A stretch of 64,000 nt of DNA from an uncultured Pseudomonadales bacterium (GCA_964439805.1 CAYTOI010000001.1:67573-131572), one strand, 5' to 3'. Counted from the first letter of the stretch, positions 9,764-18,885 are shown. The notes: generated from the sequence alone by a model not told the origin. Made by a program: numbers and translations.

Positions 9764-9846
9764 GGAGGCGTCCGATAGTGGTTATTCGAGCGGATTGCTA
9801 ATCCGCGGCCCAAAAGGCCCCGTGGGTTCGAATCCCACCGCCTCCG
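9764..9846 (+). tRNA. tRNA-Ser(GCT)
   Basis: gcgga-ttGCTaa-tccgc; long variable arm; GTTCGAATC. Confidence 0.93.
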
Positions 9847-9982
9847 CAATAAAATCTGTCCGCCTTGTGTGGGCAGATTTTTATTGCCAAAGTGGGAATC
9901 GAACATGCCGGAACCAGTTTCGTAACGAACCTGGTGAGGCCGGTCCTGAACAAAAGTGAGGGCGAATCCCACCGCCTCCGCA
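9847..9982 (+). mobile_element. tRNA-3'-end module 2 (after tRNA-Ser GCT)
   Basis: Hairpin, antisense T-arm gtgggaatcgaac, 34-nt core at 9907..9940, duplicate 3' end at 9963..9982; mobility is inferred. Confidence 0.6.
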
Positions 9983-10030
9983 AATTACGATATACTTTCC
10001 CCAAAGATCTTTACAAAAAAGGAGAAACTC

Positions 10031-10633
10031 ATGACTGATTGTGTATTCTGTGACTTTTCAAAAATAAAAGAGAGAACTATTGCCACCATTGAGGGATTTA
10101 ATATTGTTGCCACTTTTGGCCAAATCACCAACGGTGGATACTTACTCTTAATCCCCTCAAGACACATCCCCTGCCTCGGTGATCTTAAGGCTGAAGAAAT
10201 TACAATATTTGAAAACATATTAAGTCAAACAATAGTCTTTTTGGAAGAAGAGTATCAAAACGGTGTTACCTTATTCGAACACGGCATCGTAGGCCAGACC
10301 GTCAAACATGCCCATCTTCATCTAATACCTTCCAAAATAAAATTCCACAAAAATATTGTTTCTGATTTCCCCCACTCAGAAATGCAGTCAATCAGCAGCT
10401 TCACTCAACTTTCAAGTCTATTTAAAAAACGACAAGAACCCTATCTCCTCTGGTCAACCTCAAACAATTACTACCAAATTTGCTGGAACCCTCCAGCCGT
10501 CCCAGAATACCTTCGCACTCTTTCAGCTCAAACTCTTGGAGTTCCAGAACGAGGCAGTTGGCGAAACATGGATCCAAAACTAGACAAAGAGCTGATTGAC
10601 CAAACAATGACAAGAATGTTTCCTTTTTTTTAA
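10031..10633 (+). CDS. HIT-superfamily nucleotide hydrolase
   Basis: CVFC, LLIPSRH, FEHG, HAHLHLIP; ATG at 10031 follows AAGGAG. Confidence 0.85.
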   Translation: MTDCVFCDFSKIKERTIATIEGFNIVATFGQITNGGYLLLIPSRHIPCLGDLKAEEITIFENILSQTIVFLEEEYQNGVTLFEHGIVGQTVKHAHLHLIPSKIKFHKNIVSDFPHSEMQSISSFTQLSSLFKKRQEPYLLWSTSNNYYQICWNPPAVPEYLRTLSAQTLGVPERGSWRNMDPKLDKELIDQTMTRMFPFF

Positions 10634-10645
10634 TTCCTAACCTTC

Positions 10646-10671
10646 AGACCTGAGCAATCAGGTCTTTTTTT
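10646..10671 (+). terminator. Intrinsic terminator
   Basis: agacctga-gcaa-tcaggtct followed by a T-run. Confidence 0.7.
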
Positions 10672-11368
10672 AATGCCCCAAGGCAAAACCCCAAACCACT
10701 GCCACTCCAGCTTGTTTTAAAACCTTACAGCACTCTTTCATGTTCGACCCAGTTGTAAAAACATCATCTACAAGCAACACCTTCTTTCCACTCAAACTTT
10801 TATTTTCTCTATCTTGAGTTCTTGATTCCTTGGGTTCTTGAGTTCTAATTGAAAAAGCATCCCTAATATTTTCAACTCTTTCCTCCCTGCTCTTCATCAA
10901 AGCTTGCTGCTTGGTATTTTTGATCCTTTTTAAAACATTTACACAAGGTACCCCAACCTTCTCACCCAGCACTCTCCCAATTTCCTCAGCCTGATTAAAA
11001 CCTCTCCAATTTTGACGATAAAAATGCAAAGGAACAGGGACTAAACAATCAAAATTAACACCGGTCTCAATGCTCATATTCTCAAAAAGCCTAGCCACTA
11101 AATCCTTATTAAAATCATATTTGATTGTATCTACAACCGACCTCACACTAGGATCTCCATACTCAAAAAGCACTATCAACCCGTCCATACCTAAGTCCCT
11201 CTTGCACTTCTCATGAGTCCAGCCCATTATTGATTCCTGCTCACACATGGGGCATATCTGGGCTGATATACCCAACTCTTTCTCACAACCCACACACAAG
11301 TCTTCTTCCAGCTTGCCACAAACAGCACATGTCTTGGGGAAGAAAAAGTCCTTCAAAACACTCAACAT
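10670..11368 (-). CDS. comF: ComF family competence protein (phosphoribosyltransferase fold)
   Basis: Double zinc ribbon, VPVPLH..R...RGFNQAE, LLVDDVFTTGS. Confidence 0.92.
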   Translation of the reverse strand: MLSVLKDFFFPKTCAVCGKLEEDLCVGCEKELGISAQICPMCEQESIMGWTHEKCKRDLGMDGLIVLFEYGDPSVRSVVDTIKYDFNKDLVARLFENMSIETGVNFDCLVPVPLHFYRQNWRGFNQAEEIGRVLGEKVGVPCVNVLKRIKNTKQQALMKSREERVENIRDAFSIRTQEPKESRTQDRENKSLSGKKVLLVDDVFTTGSNMKECCKVLKQAGVAVVWGFALGH

Positions 11369-11445
11369 ATCTCATTTTACTTGATTTTTGAGCTCAAATG
11401 TGTTAATATTATAGGTAGTAATATATGCAGTATATTGCAGGTATT

Positions 11446-11840
11446 GGGGACGACAGGAATCGATGGGTAAGTTCATTTACAAGATGCAAGCCTCCTTTGG
11501 TAAAAGGAGTAAAAAAGACCAAAAAACAACTGTCAACAAAGAAGACAAGTTACTTGGATCCATCGATTTCGGTGGTTTCAATTCTTCCGCTCGTGCTTTC
11601 GCTTTTGCCTAAGCATAGCTTGAAGACGTCTTAGAGAATATCGGATCCCGGGGTACCTTTAAGGCGATAAAAAACCGGATTGAATGTTTTGAGTTTGATT
11701 AAGGCTCAAAAACTAACTTTTTCTTAATCGACCACACAGTGTTCTTGTTTGCCTGAAGCTTTGTGGAAAATCGGCAATCTAAGCTTGTAGTATCTTTAAA
11801 TCAATTTATTCAGACGAGAGTTCAATTCTCTCCGTCTCCA
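11446..11840 (+). ncRNA. ssrA: tmRNA
   Basis: 5' GGGGACGACAGGAATCGA; 3' GAGAGTTCAATTCTCTCCGTCTCCA; tag frame ending AFAFA-stop at 11532..11612; smpB nearby. Confidence 0.93.
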
Positions 11841-12025
11841 CACATAAAAGAGTCTCCCTTGCGGAGATTTTTTTATGTGTCAAGAAAAGAGATTTGAACT
11901 AAACGGAGCCAAACCTGTAACAGTTTTGGCGAGTTGGGGTCGACGAATTTGCGAAGCAAATATCGGTGACTTCAATTCTCTCCGTCTCCACACATAAAAG
12001 AGTCTCCCTTGTGGAGGCCTTTTTG
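11841..12025 (+). mobile_element. tmRNA-3'-end module 3
   Basis: 41-bp exact direct repeat (11821..11861 = 11971..12011), antisense T-arm agagatttgaact, 34-nt core at 11902..11935; mobility is inferred. Confidence 0.6.
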
Positions 12026-12042
12026 TTTAAAAATTATATCAA

Positions 12043-12145
12043 GACCATAATGACTTCTGTAATTATGGGCGTAGACATAAGAGGAAGCACAGGATGATAG
12101 TTCAATAATTATTTATTATTGAACAGAAGACGAGCAAGCTCTTAT
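12043..12145. repeat. 103-bp structured dispersed repeat, copy 2
   Basis: Near-identical to 6633..6735. Confidence 0.85.
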
Positions 12146-12384
12146 TTTCTAAGAGATCTAAAAAATGCAATTTTTTCTGTAAGCAAAAGTCCCATCATTT
12201 GGTCTTTACTAGACTGCATAACAACAGCGGCCAAAAACAGGTCAAACTCATCTTCGTTCATTTTGGCAACTTTGACAGCAATATTCTCTTCCCATTTTTT
12301 AACACTCATTTTCGCGTTAAATTCATTTCCCCAAGGAAATTGCATTACGCAAGTTGGCATAATTTTTGTCCAAAAAACATCCAT
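12142..12384 (-). CDS. Small hypothetical protein
   Basis: 80 aa ORF directly downstream of and co-oriented with smpB. Confidence 0.6.
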   Translation of the reverse strand: MDVFWTKIMPTCVMQFPWGNEFNAKMSVKKWEENIAVKVAKMNEDEFDLFLAAVVMQSSKDQMMGLLLTEKIAFFRSLRK

Positions 12385-12401
12385 ATTTTTTGCCTTTCAG
12401 G

Positions 12402-12839
12402 CTAAGTATTTTTTAATCTTCTCGCCAACCCAGCGTCCACGTCCCTCTTTTTGATAGCTTCCCTTTTTTCATATTTTTTCTTACCTTTAACCAAAGCTAT
12501 CTGGACCTTTATGAGACTGCCCTTATTATACAGCTTCACAGGCACCAAAGTCAAACCCGCTGATCTCATTTTGCTCTGAATTTCGATGATTTCCTTCTTG
12601 TGTAAAAGGATCTCTTTGGACCTAGAACTATCATAAGTTTCACTAGAATCATACTTATATTTCAATATATTAAGACCTATTATTTTTGCCTTACCTTCGT
12701 CAAATATTACTCTTGCTCCCGCAAAGTTCACCCCACCATCACGCACAGCCTTGACCTCAGCTCCAGTCAGCACAATACCTGCCTCATAAGACTCAATTAT
12801 CTGATAATCAAAGGTTGCTTTTTTGTTTACGAGAGACAC
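12402..12839 (-). CDS. smpB: SsrA-binding protein
   Basis: NKKA.FDY...ESYEAGIVLTG.EVK, LLHKKEI, GKKKYEKR. Confidence 0.97.
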   Translation of the reverse strand: MSLVNKKATFDYQIIESYEAGIVLTGAEVKAVRDGGVNFAGARVIFDEGKAKIIGLNILKYKYDSSETYDSSRSKEILLHKKEIIEIQSKMRSAGLTLVPVKLYNKGSLIKVQIALVKGKKKYEKREAIKKRDVDAGLARRLKNT

Positions 12840-12843
12840 GTAT

Positions 12844-14709
12844 CTAGTTTAACACCCCGACAGCACCTGGAAACAATACTATTAGCCTATTTTCCCCATC
12901 AAATTCTATGTCTTTTGCCTCTTTAAGCTTGTCCGACTTGATCTGTTGACTACAAACACCATCTTTTTTGCTACAAAACACTACCGAGCCTGATTTTGAA
13001 GACAACAAGGCAATTCTGTCCCCCTCTTTCTCAACTGACATTTTTTCAAACTCCATCTCAGGAGACAGCCCGCTCACGCTAAACACCTCTTTTGAGCCTC
13101 TTCTGAACCTCTCAATCTGCCCCTTTTCCTCTAACACCCATATATCTACATCAATATCCAAATCTATCGGAGAAGAAGCAATTACTTGACCCTCCTTCAG
13201 CCATCTGGCTCTTTCTCCAAATCCAGAATCAGTTAATGGGTATTTAAATATTTCCTTGTTATTTTTCTCCAAAACATAAAGGTTTGCCCCAAACTTAGCA
13301 AATGACAATGGAGATGTTACTGCCGTGTCAAACGTCATAGAACTAGACTCTTCGCCTACAGGAAACATTCCACTCTTGCTCATTACATAATATTTGGTTC
13401 CATCCGAAACCGCATCCATCCACCCCAAGCCAGCGCCTTTACCAGCCACCACTTTTACTTCTTTTGTTTTTGTATCTACCGACATTACAATTCCCAAACC
13501 AGAACTAGTAACCACAAACTTCCCATCAATCACAAAACTCATTTTGTTGGCGTTCACCCCAGCTCTTATTAACTCTAGGTTTACTAGTTCAGTAATATTA
13601 CCTCCCTTTTCCCCCGAAACACTTACCCAAGCATCTGCGATTTTTTTGTCCAATTCTTCTGCTTTTGATTTAAATTCACCACTAGAAAACTCCAGCTTTC
13701 TCAGATCAAAAGCAAGCCTCGCGTCTTCTACTAATTTCTTTGACCCAGCAGGGTTTAGTTTGGTAAGACCTATTGCTTCGTTTACGTTTTTTTCTATTGG
13801 TTGAGAAAACGAGATCCATTTGTTACTATTTTCCTGATTTTTCTTACGAACACTCCCCAGCATTAAACTGACAACAAGCAATCCAAGGAACAAAACTCCT
13901 AGAAATAATGACAATCTCTTCTGTTTTATGGTTTTCTGATCAGTAGAGATATTTACAGTTTTTCTCTCTCCGAAGCGATTTTTTATTTTTTGCCAAATAC
14001 CAATTTTTCCAACATACTTATCACTCGCCAGAATCTCCCTCTCAAAAACTTCCACTCCACTCTTGACTCCTTCTTCTACCTTTGCAGGTTCAATTTCCTC
14101 AGTCTTATTCTCCACAACTTCTTCCAAAACAACTGTCGGATTCTCCTCTTCAACCGCCAAACCCTCTGCAACCATTTTAAAACCAGCATAGCTTCCCAAG
14201 CTTAAGTCTTCTTTTGCACTTTCCCACGTCTCAAAATCTTCGCTTAAGTTCCCCACCCAAAATCTTACAACATCCTTGTCTTTCAGTTCTCCAGTAATAA
14301 CTTTCCCATTTTCTAAATTTTTCCCTATATCTATCTGTGTTCCTTCTCTTTCAATTATCAGTTTCCCTTTCGTGTTTCCCACCATTTTTATTTTTCTTAC
14401 TCCAGACACCATCACCACCCAAACCCAAAGACAATCAAATTCAGGGTATTTCTCCAAAAAACCAGCAAACAAGCCGGTCAAATTCCCTCCAGTTTCATCA
14501 GCATTAAAAAATTCCTCTACCCAATTTGTCATCTCTACTTCAACGTCTGCCCATCCTTCTTTTTTCTCCGACTTTACCACTCCAAACAACGCCCCTTTTT
14601 GTTTTAGCTCCACCTCATCAAAAGGCAATCTAGCAAAAACCTGAGACCACGAAGAAGTGTCTTCTTCACACACAAATCTAAGAAAGTTTAATCCAAAACC
14701 ATTATTCAC
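12844..14709 (-). CDS. Single-TM protein with C-terminal beta-propeller-like region
   Basis: GTG start at 14709 overlaps the upstream TGA; one TM helix; LYVLE/IWVLE beta repeats. Confidence 0.7.
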   Translation of the reverse strand: MNNGFGLNFLRFVCEEDTSSWSQVFARLPFDEVELKQKGALFGVVKSEKKEGWADVEVEMTNWVEEFFNADETGGNLTGLFAGFLEKYPEFDCLWVWVVMVSGVRKIKMVGNTKGKLIIEREGTQIDIGKNLENGKVITGELKDKDVVRFWVGNLSEDFETWESAKEDLSLGSYAGFKMVAEGLAVEEENPTVVLEEVVENKTEEIEPAKVEEGVKSGVEVFEREILASDKYVGKIGIWQKIKNRFGERKTVNISTDQKTIKQKRLSLFLGVLFLGLLVVSLMLGSVRKKNQENSNKWISFSQPIEKNVNEAIGLTKLNPAGSKKLVEDARLAFDLRKLEFSSGEFKSKAEELDKKIADAWVSVSGEKGGNITELVNLELIRAGVNANKMSFVIDGKFVVTSSGLGIVMSVDTKTKEVKVVAGKGAGLGWMDAVSDGTKYYVMSKSGMFPVGEESSSMTFDTAVTSPLSFAKFGANLYVLEKNNKEIFKYPLTDSGFGERARWLKEGQVIASSPIDLDIDVDIWVLEEKGQIERFRRGSKEVFSVSGLSPEMEFEKMSVEKEGDRIALLSSKSGSVVFCSKKDGVCSQQIKSDKLKEAKDIEFDGENRLIVLFPGAVGVLN

Positions 14710-14921
14710 ACTAATATAACTATAACAGTTATAGCGATACAAAGGAAACAAAATCCCCAAACCAAAACCCTCAAACTTCCCCCAATTGGATAGTTCACCA
14801 CCTTATTCATAAGACCAGATTGCCTCACCATAATAAGAGACAGAATAGAAAGAAGTATGAACCCCACATTCACCATCACATTAACTATCAGGTTAACGAT
14901 GTTATTTATAGACAGTTCCAT
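14706..14921 (-). CDS. Small 2-TM membrane protein
   Basis: 71 aa, hydrophobic, operon-like spacing. Confidence 0.65.
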   Translation of the reverse strand: MELSINNIVNLIVNVMVNVGFILLSILSLIMVRQSGLMNKVVNYPIGGSLRVLVWGFCFLCIAITVIVILV

Positions 14922-14923
14922 TT

Positions 14924-15565
14924 TTATCTTCTCCTTTCTTCATCTTCATTATCAATAAGTTGTGAAATAACCTGTACCACCTTGTCGGGACTAGAAATAT
15001 TTTCAAAGGTAAAGGCTGACAGCTCTCCAGATGCGTCAGGTGTTTTTTGTTCTGAAGCAGTCTGGACGATTACGTCCCCCATATTAAACAAGCTATCCAA
15101 TAACCCATTTTGCGAATAATTGACATCTTCTAGTTTGTGTAGTTCAGCGACGTTTACAGTTTTGTTAAGCAGTCCAGTAAAATCCACATCCACCAGCCTT
15201 TCATCTGTAACGATATAAACGTTATAAAACCACAAAAGAAAATTCATAATTACAAAATAAATTATGCTCAAGTACCAAAGAATGGTAATTTTTTCAAAAA
15301 CGACTTCCGACAGCACTTCAAAAAAAGGAAATGAATGCCAAAAAACGGGAACAATTAAAGCCAACACTACCAAAGAAAGCCACTTTGTGTTTGTAATAGG
15401 ATGTCTCCTTCCCAAAAGAATCACTTCTTCACTTTCGTGCTGAGCATCAAAACAAAGTTTATGAGGATTAATTACAAACGAATCCCAAAAATTACTAGAA
15501 TAGCCAGCACCCAACATCCTCTGTATTTGTTCTGACTCCTTCTCCTTTTTGTAGACTTCTACCAT
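14924..15565 (-). CDS. Membrane protein with bacterial PH domain
   Basis: WFYNVYIVTDERLVDVDF, GLL..LFNMGDV.VQTA. Confidence 0.8.
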   Translation of the reverse strand: MVEVYKKEKESEQIQRMLGAGYSSNFWDSFVINPHKLCFDAQHESEEVILLGRRHPITNTKWLSLVVLALIVPVFWHSFPFFEVLSEVVFEKITILWYLSIIYFVIMNFLLWFYNVYIVTDERLVDVDFTGLLNKTVNVAELHKLEDVNYSQNGLLDSLFNMGDVIVQTASEQKTPDASGELSAFTFENISSPDKVVQVISQLIDNEDEERRR

Positions 15566-15583
15566 TACCTATATTGTACCAAA

Positions 15584-17353
15584 TCACTTCTTCTCAATAT
15601 TAAACAAGCCACTGAGCAAGGCAACCCTCCCTGAAACCCTAAGATTAAAAACTGTATAAAAATCTTTACCAGAAACATCAAAACCCCCTTTATCCGTATC
15701 AAAATGCACATTAGCTGTAACTCCATTCTCTCCGTAGCTAACCGACACTCCACTTACTGAAGATATTCCCCAACCCTTGTTTTTTGATTCTGACTTCATC
15801 TGCTCCCTAGAATAAGTTTCTTTACTCTGACCAAAACAGCTTTGGTAATCTAATGGCCATATTTTAGAAGCATCTCCGTTTTTGTAAACCACTATCGCAT
15901 TTAGGATGTCTGCCATTTCTTCCGAGGTTAGCCAAGGATGGGACCTCCCGCAACTATTACCAGCTCTATTTTTGTACCAGGCTTTATAAAACCAAGGGCT
16001 GCCACCGGTCTTCTCATACGCCATAGATGTCCAGCCACCTCTTCCAGACGGAGTATCCCAAAAAGCAGGTGTGTTGTAGTGACTTCCATCTTTACGATAA
16101 TCAAGTGCGTCGTAAGATTCTTGATATCCTCCAGAAGTAGATGCATACCAAGGCTTTATCATTTTTCCATCTTTCATCAGCACCCATCCTCTAGTGGCAT
16201 TGACCGCCTCTTCCCACTTTCCGCCTTTGTTTGAATTTTTATAAACCTGACAACTTTCGGTTGTGCAAATTGAACCAGCAGTTCCCTCTTTTGTCCATGC
16301 CAGAGCATAAGTTCTTGCTGCCACAGCTTGGGCCTTGAGTGCTTCAAAACCACCATTATCTCCCCAGCTATTTGGAACTTCATAAACTCTCTTGGTATAT
16401 GTTTCTATATCCATTCGTCCATAACCTTCTACCCCAATCTGTTTTCCACTATCATAATCTTTCTTTATTTCCACTCCTCCATAATATGCTTTGAGAATAT
16501 CCTCAGCGTTCTGTCCACTTTTTGCTCTTCCATAAGCTCCATATTGACTCATGCCTTTAAAATGAGGTGCTCCAAAAGAAAAGGCGGCAAAGGCCGGAGA
16601 AAAACCAGGGTTGTAATCCGGTCTACTAGCTGCATCATCTGCGAGAGGCACATCTCCAACTGTAGTAGAAAAGGTTCCTGTTTTTTCTGCAAGCAAGCTT
16701 TGTTGTTGTGCAGACAAAGCAGCTATCTTATTTCCCAATTCACTCTGATAGGCTTTCGCTTTTTTCACTTCTCCCAAGAAGAAATTATTTTGTTTATCTA
16801 GTTCTGTTTGCAGTTTTGCCAGCTGAACCTTTTGAACTTCCAGTTTTTGCTTGTCAATCTCCAAAGAAGATATCTCTGTAACAAGCGAAACTATTATTTG
16901 TCTATCTTTATCGTTTGTATCTTGCCTGTAGGCAATTTCCCTACGAATTTCTCCCAGTGGCTTTCCAGAAACCAAATTTGCCCACAAGGGCCGAGATCTT
17001 AATCTTTTGTACATTTCCCGAAGCTTAACTGATAAGACCAAATATTGTTCCGAAACTTTTTCTCCTCTTTTTTTTATTTCTATCTCTGTTTCTTTTTGTT
17101 TTTTGGCTGCACTGTCCATTTGAGACTGAATCGATTTTATTCTGGTACTAAGCTTGCTGATCTCCGACTCCAAGGGACGAGTAGCCGCCACACTCATTTC
17201 CATCGACTTGTTTAGCTCACTTATCTGATCCCCCAAACACTTATACAGATCATCACCATTTTTTCCAGAACAATTCACCTCAGCAAAAACAAATGTTTTC
17301 AACAGAACAAACATCAAGGCAATAATCAGAAGATATCTCTTATACATCCACAT
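15584..17353 (-). CDS. Secreted coiled-coil protein with SpoIID/LytB domain
   Basis: Signal peptide, long coiled coil, GMSQYGA, EALKAQAVAARTYAL, CTTESCQVY. Confidence 0.88.
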   Translation of the reverse strand: MWMYKRYLLIIALMFVLLKTFVFAEVNCSGKNGDDLYKCLGDQISELNKSMEMSVAATRPLESEISKLSTRIKSIQSQMDSAAKKQKETEIEIKKRGEKVSEQYLVLSVKLREMYKRLRSRPLWANLVSGKPLGEIRREIAYRQDTNDKDRQIIVSLVTEISSLEIDKQKLEVQKVQLAKLQTELDKQNNFFLGEVKKAKAYQSELGNKIAALSAQQQSLLAEKTGTFSTTVGDVPLADDAASRPDYNPGFSPAFAAFSFGAPHFKGMSQYGAYGRAKSGQNAEDILKAYYGGVEIKKDYDSGKQIGVEGYGRMDIETYTKRVYEVPNSWGDNGGFEALKAQAVAARTYALAWTKEGTAGSICTTESCQVYKNSNKGGKWEEAVNATRGWVLMKDGKMIKPWYASTSGGYQESYDALDYRKDGSHYNTPAFWDTPSGRGGWTSMAYEKTGGSPWFYKAWYKNRAGNSCGRSHPWLTSEEMADILNAIVVYKNGDASKIWPLDYQSCFGQSKETYSREQMKSESKNKGWGISSVSGVSVSYGENGVTANVHFDTDKGGFDVSGKDFYTVFNLRVSGRVALLSGLFNIEKK

Positions 17354-17368
17354 CTAGTTTATATTATT

Positions 17369-17400
17369 TCTGATATCTGACATCTGAGATCTGACATCTA
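17369..17400 (+). repeat. 7-mer tandem micro-array (TCTGAGA family)
   Basis: tctgata tctgaca tctgaga tctgaca tcta. Confidence 0.8.
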
Positions 17401-17426
17401 TATATCAATCCCATGCTAAAATTACA

Positions 17427-17822
17427 GTGGCTATGAAACGTCTTTTTACCCTATTGTCCCTTATTTTGGTTGTTTTCTTGTCACCTACTAAAACCTTTGC
17501 AGCTGATCCGTATTGCACACAGGGAGATCCTAGCTCTGGCATTCAAACTGCCATTGGCTGTATTTCCACAAGCGCCGAAGGATCAGGTGGATTTTTTGAA
17601 GCCATACTCAGAGTATTTGTGGGTATCGGTGGTGGACTCGCCCTTTGCCTTATGCTTTATGGAGTTTTTATTGTCACTACCTCAGCCGGTATCCCCGACA
17701 AGCTCAAAGAAGGCAGTGAAATAATAACTTCCACCATAGCCGGCCTTATTTTTATCCTCCTTTCCGTCTTTTTACTCAATCTTATTGGCATTAATATTTT
17801 GGGTCTTCCGGGATTAAAATAA
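17427..17822 (+). CDS. VirB2/TrbC-like pilin 1
   Basis: Signal peptide, TAIGCI, two TMs around TTSAG.PDK. Confidence 0.8.
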   Translation: MAMKRLFTLLSLILVVFLSPTKTFAADPYCTQGDPSSGIQTAIGCISTSAEGSGGFFEAILRVFVGIGGGLALCLMLYGVFIVTTSAGIPDKLKEGSEIITSTIAGLIFILLSVFLLNLIGINILGLPGLK

Positions 17823-17826
17823 ACTT

Positions 17827-18177
17827 ATGAAATTAATTCCATTATCTTTTGCAGCAGACGAGGCAGATATTTCAAGCCTTTACAATCCCGCCAAAAATTT
17901 TTCAAATTTAGGCAAAAATGGCAAAGTTTCTGATCTATTCAAGTCTGGAAACGGACTAGACGTCATTAATCTTATTTTTATCATTATTGGCATTCTGTTC
18001 TTTGCTAACCTAGTTATGGCTGGCTGGGATTACATGCTCAGTTCTGGAGATCCAAAAAAGGCAGCTGTGGCCAGCACCCGTATAACTAATGGTCTTACCG
18101 GCCTAGTTATGGCCTTTACTGCATATTTAATAGTCAAAATCATCTCCTCTTTACTCGGTTTAGGTGTTAATATCTAA
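17827..18177 (+). CDS. VirB2/TrbC-like pilin 2
   Basis: GWDYMLSSGDPKK...A...ITNGLTGL. Confidence 0.8.
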   Translation: MKLIPLSFAADEADISSLYNPAKNFSNLGKNGKVSDLFKSGNGLDVINLIFIIIGILFFANLVMAGWDYMLSSGDPKKAAVASTRITNGLTGLVMAFTAYLIVKIISSLLGLGVNI

Positions 18178-18180
18178 AAA

Positions 18181-18885
18181 ATGCAAAATCTACCTCAACA
18201 TGTAGCAATAATAATGGATGGCAACCGTCGTTGGGCCAAAGAACACGGACTGGAGCCTGTCAAAGGTCATGAGCAAGCCGCCAAAAATGCCATAGAGCCT
18301 CTCATAGAAAAGTGTGCCGAGCTAAAAATTCCTTATGTCACTTTCTGGGCTTTTTCCACCGAAAACTGGAAAAGAGACGAAGAAGAACTAAGTGGATTGT
18401 TTAACGTTTTTAGGTTTGCTCTTGGATCTCTGGCTCTTAAGTTTGTTCAAAAAGGCGCCAAACTAAGAATCCTCGGAGACCTCAACAAATTTCCCAAAGA
18501 CATTGCCCAAAAATCTCTAGAAATGATTAGTAAGTCTGCTAGTAACCACAAAATTACCGTTACTTTTGCTCTTAACTATGGAGGACGAGATGAAATTCTC
18601 AGAGCCGTCAAAAAAATAATTGCCGAAAAAGTCGACCCTAGTACTCTTACTGAAGAAAAATTCTCATCATACCTAGACACCTCTGGCATTCCAGACCCTG
18701 ACCTGGTTATTCGCACGGGAGGAGACAAAAGAACTTCAGGATACCTACCTTGGCAGTCTGTTTATGCCGAGCTCTACTTCACTGACACCCTTTTCCCAGA
18801 CTTTACCCCAGACAAGTTAGAGGACGCGCTCCAAAACTTTGCTGGTAGGGATCGCCGCTTCGGTGGCAACAGTGTTCAAAAATAA
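18181..18885 (+). CDS. uppS: Undecaprenyl-diphosphate synthase
   Basis: HVAIIMDGNRRWA, AFSTENWKR, NYGGRDEI, IRTGG..R.SG. Confidence 0.96.
   Translation: MQNLPQHVAIIMDGNRRWAKEHGLEPVKGHEQAAKNAIEPLIEKCAELKIPYVTFWAFSTENWKRDEEELSGLFNVFRFALGSLALKFVQKGAKLRILGDLNKFPKDIAQKSLEMISKSASNHKITVTFALNYGGRDEILRAVKKIIAEKVDPSTLTEEKFSSYLDTSGIPDPDLVIRTGGDKRTSGYLPWQSVYAELYFTDTLFPDFTPDKLEDALQNFAGRDRRFGGNSVQK

Noticed and set aside
11425-11634. 69 aa ORF
   Set aside because: It overlaps tmRNA; the real tag is in another frame.
11821-12011. Direct repeats as a possible CRISPR array
   Set aside because: Only two copies, identical to the tmRNA 3' end, a spacer over 100 bp, and no cas genes.
7573-12025. Prophage or genomic island bounded by att sites
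   Set aside because: Each duplication encloses under 150 bp, with no integrase or phage genes.
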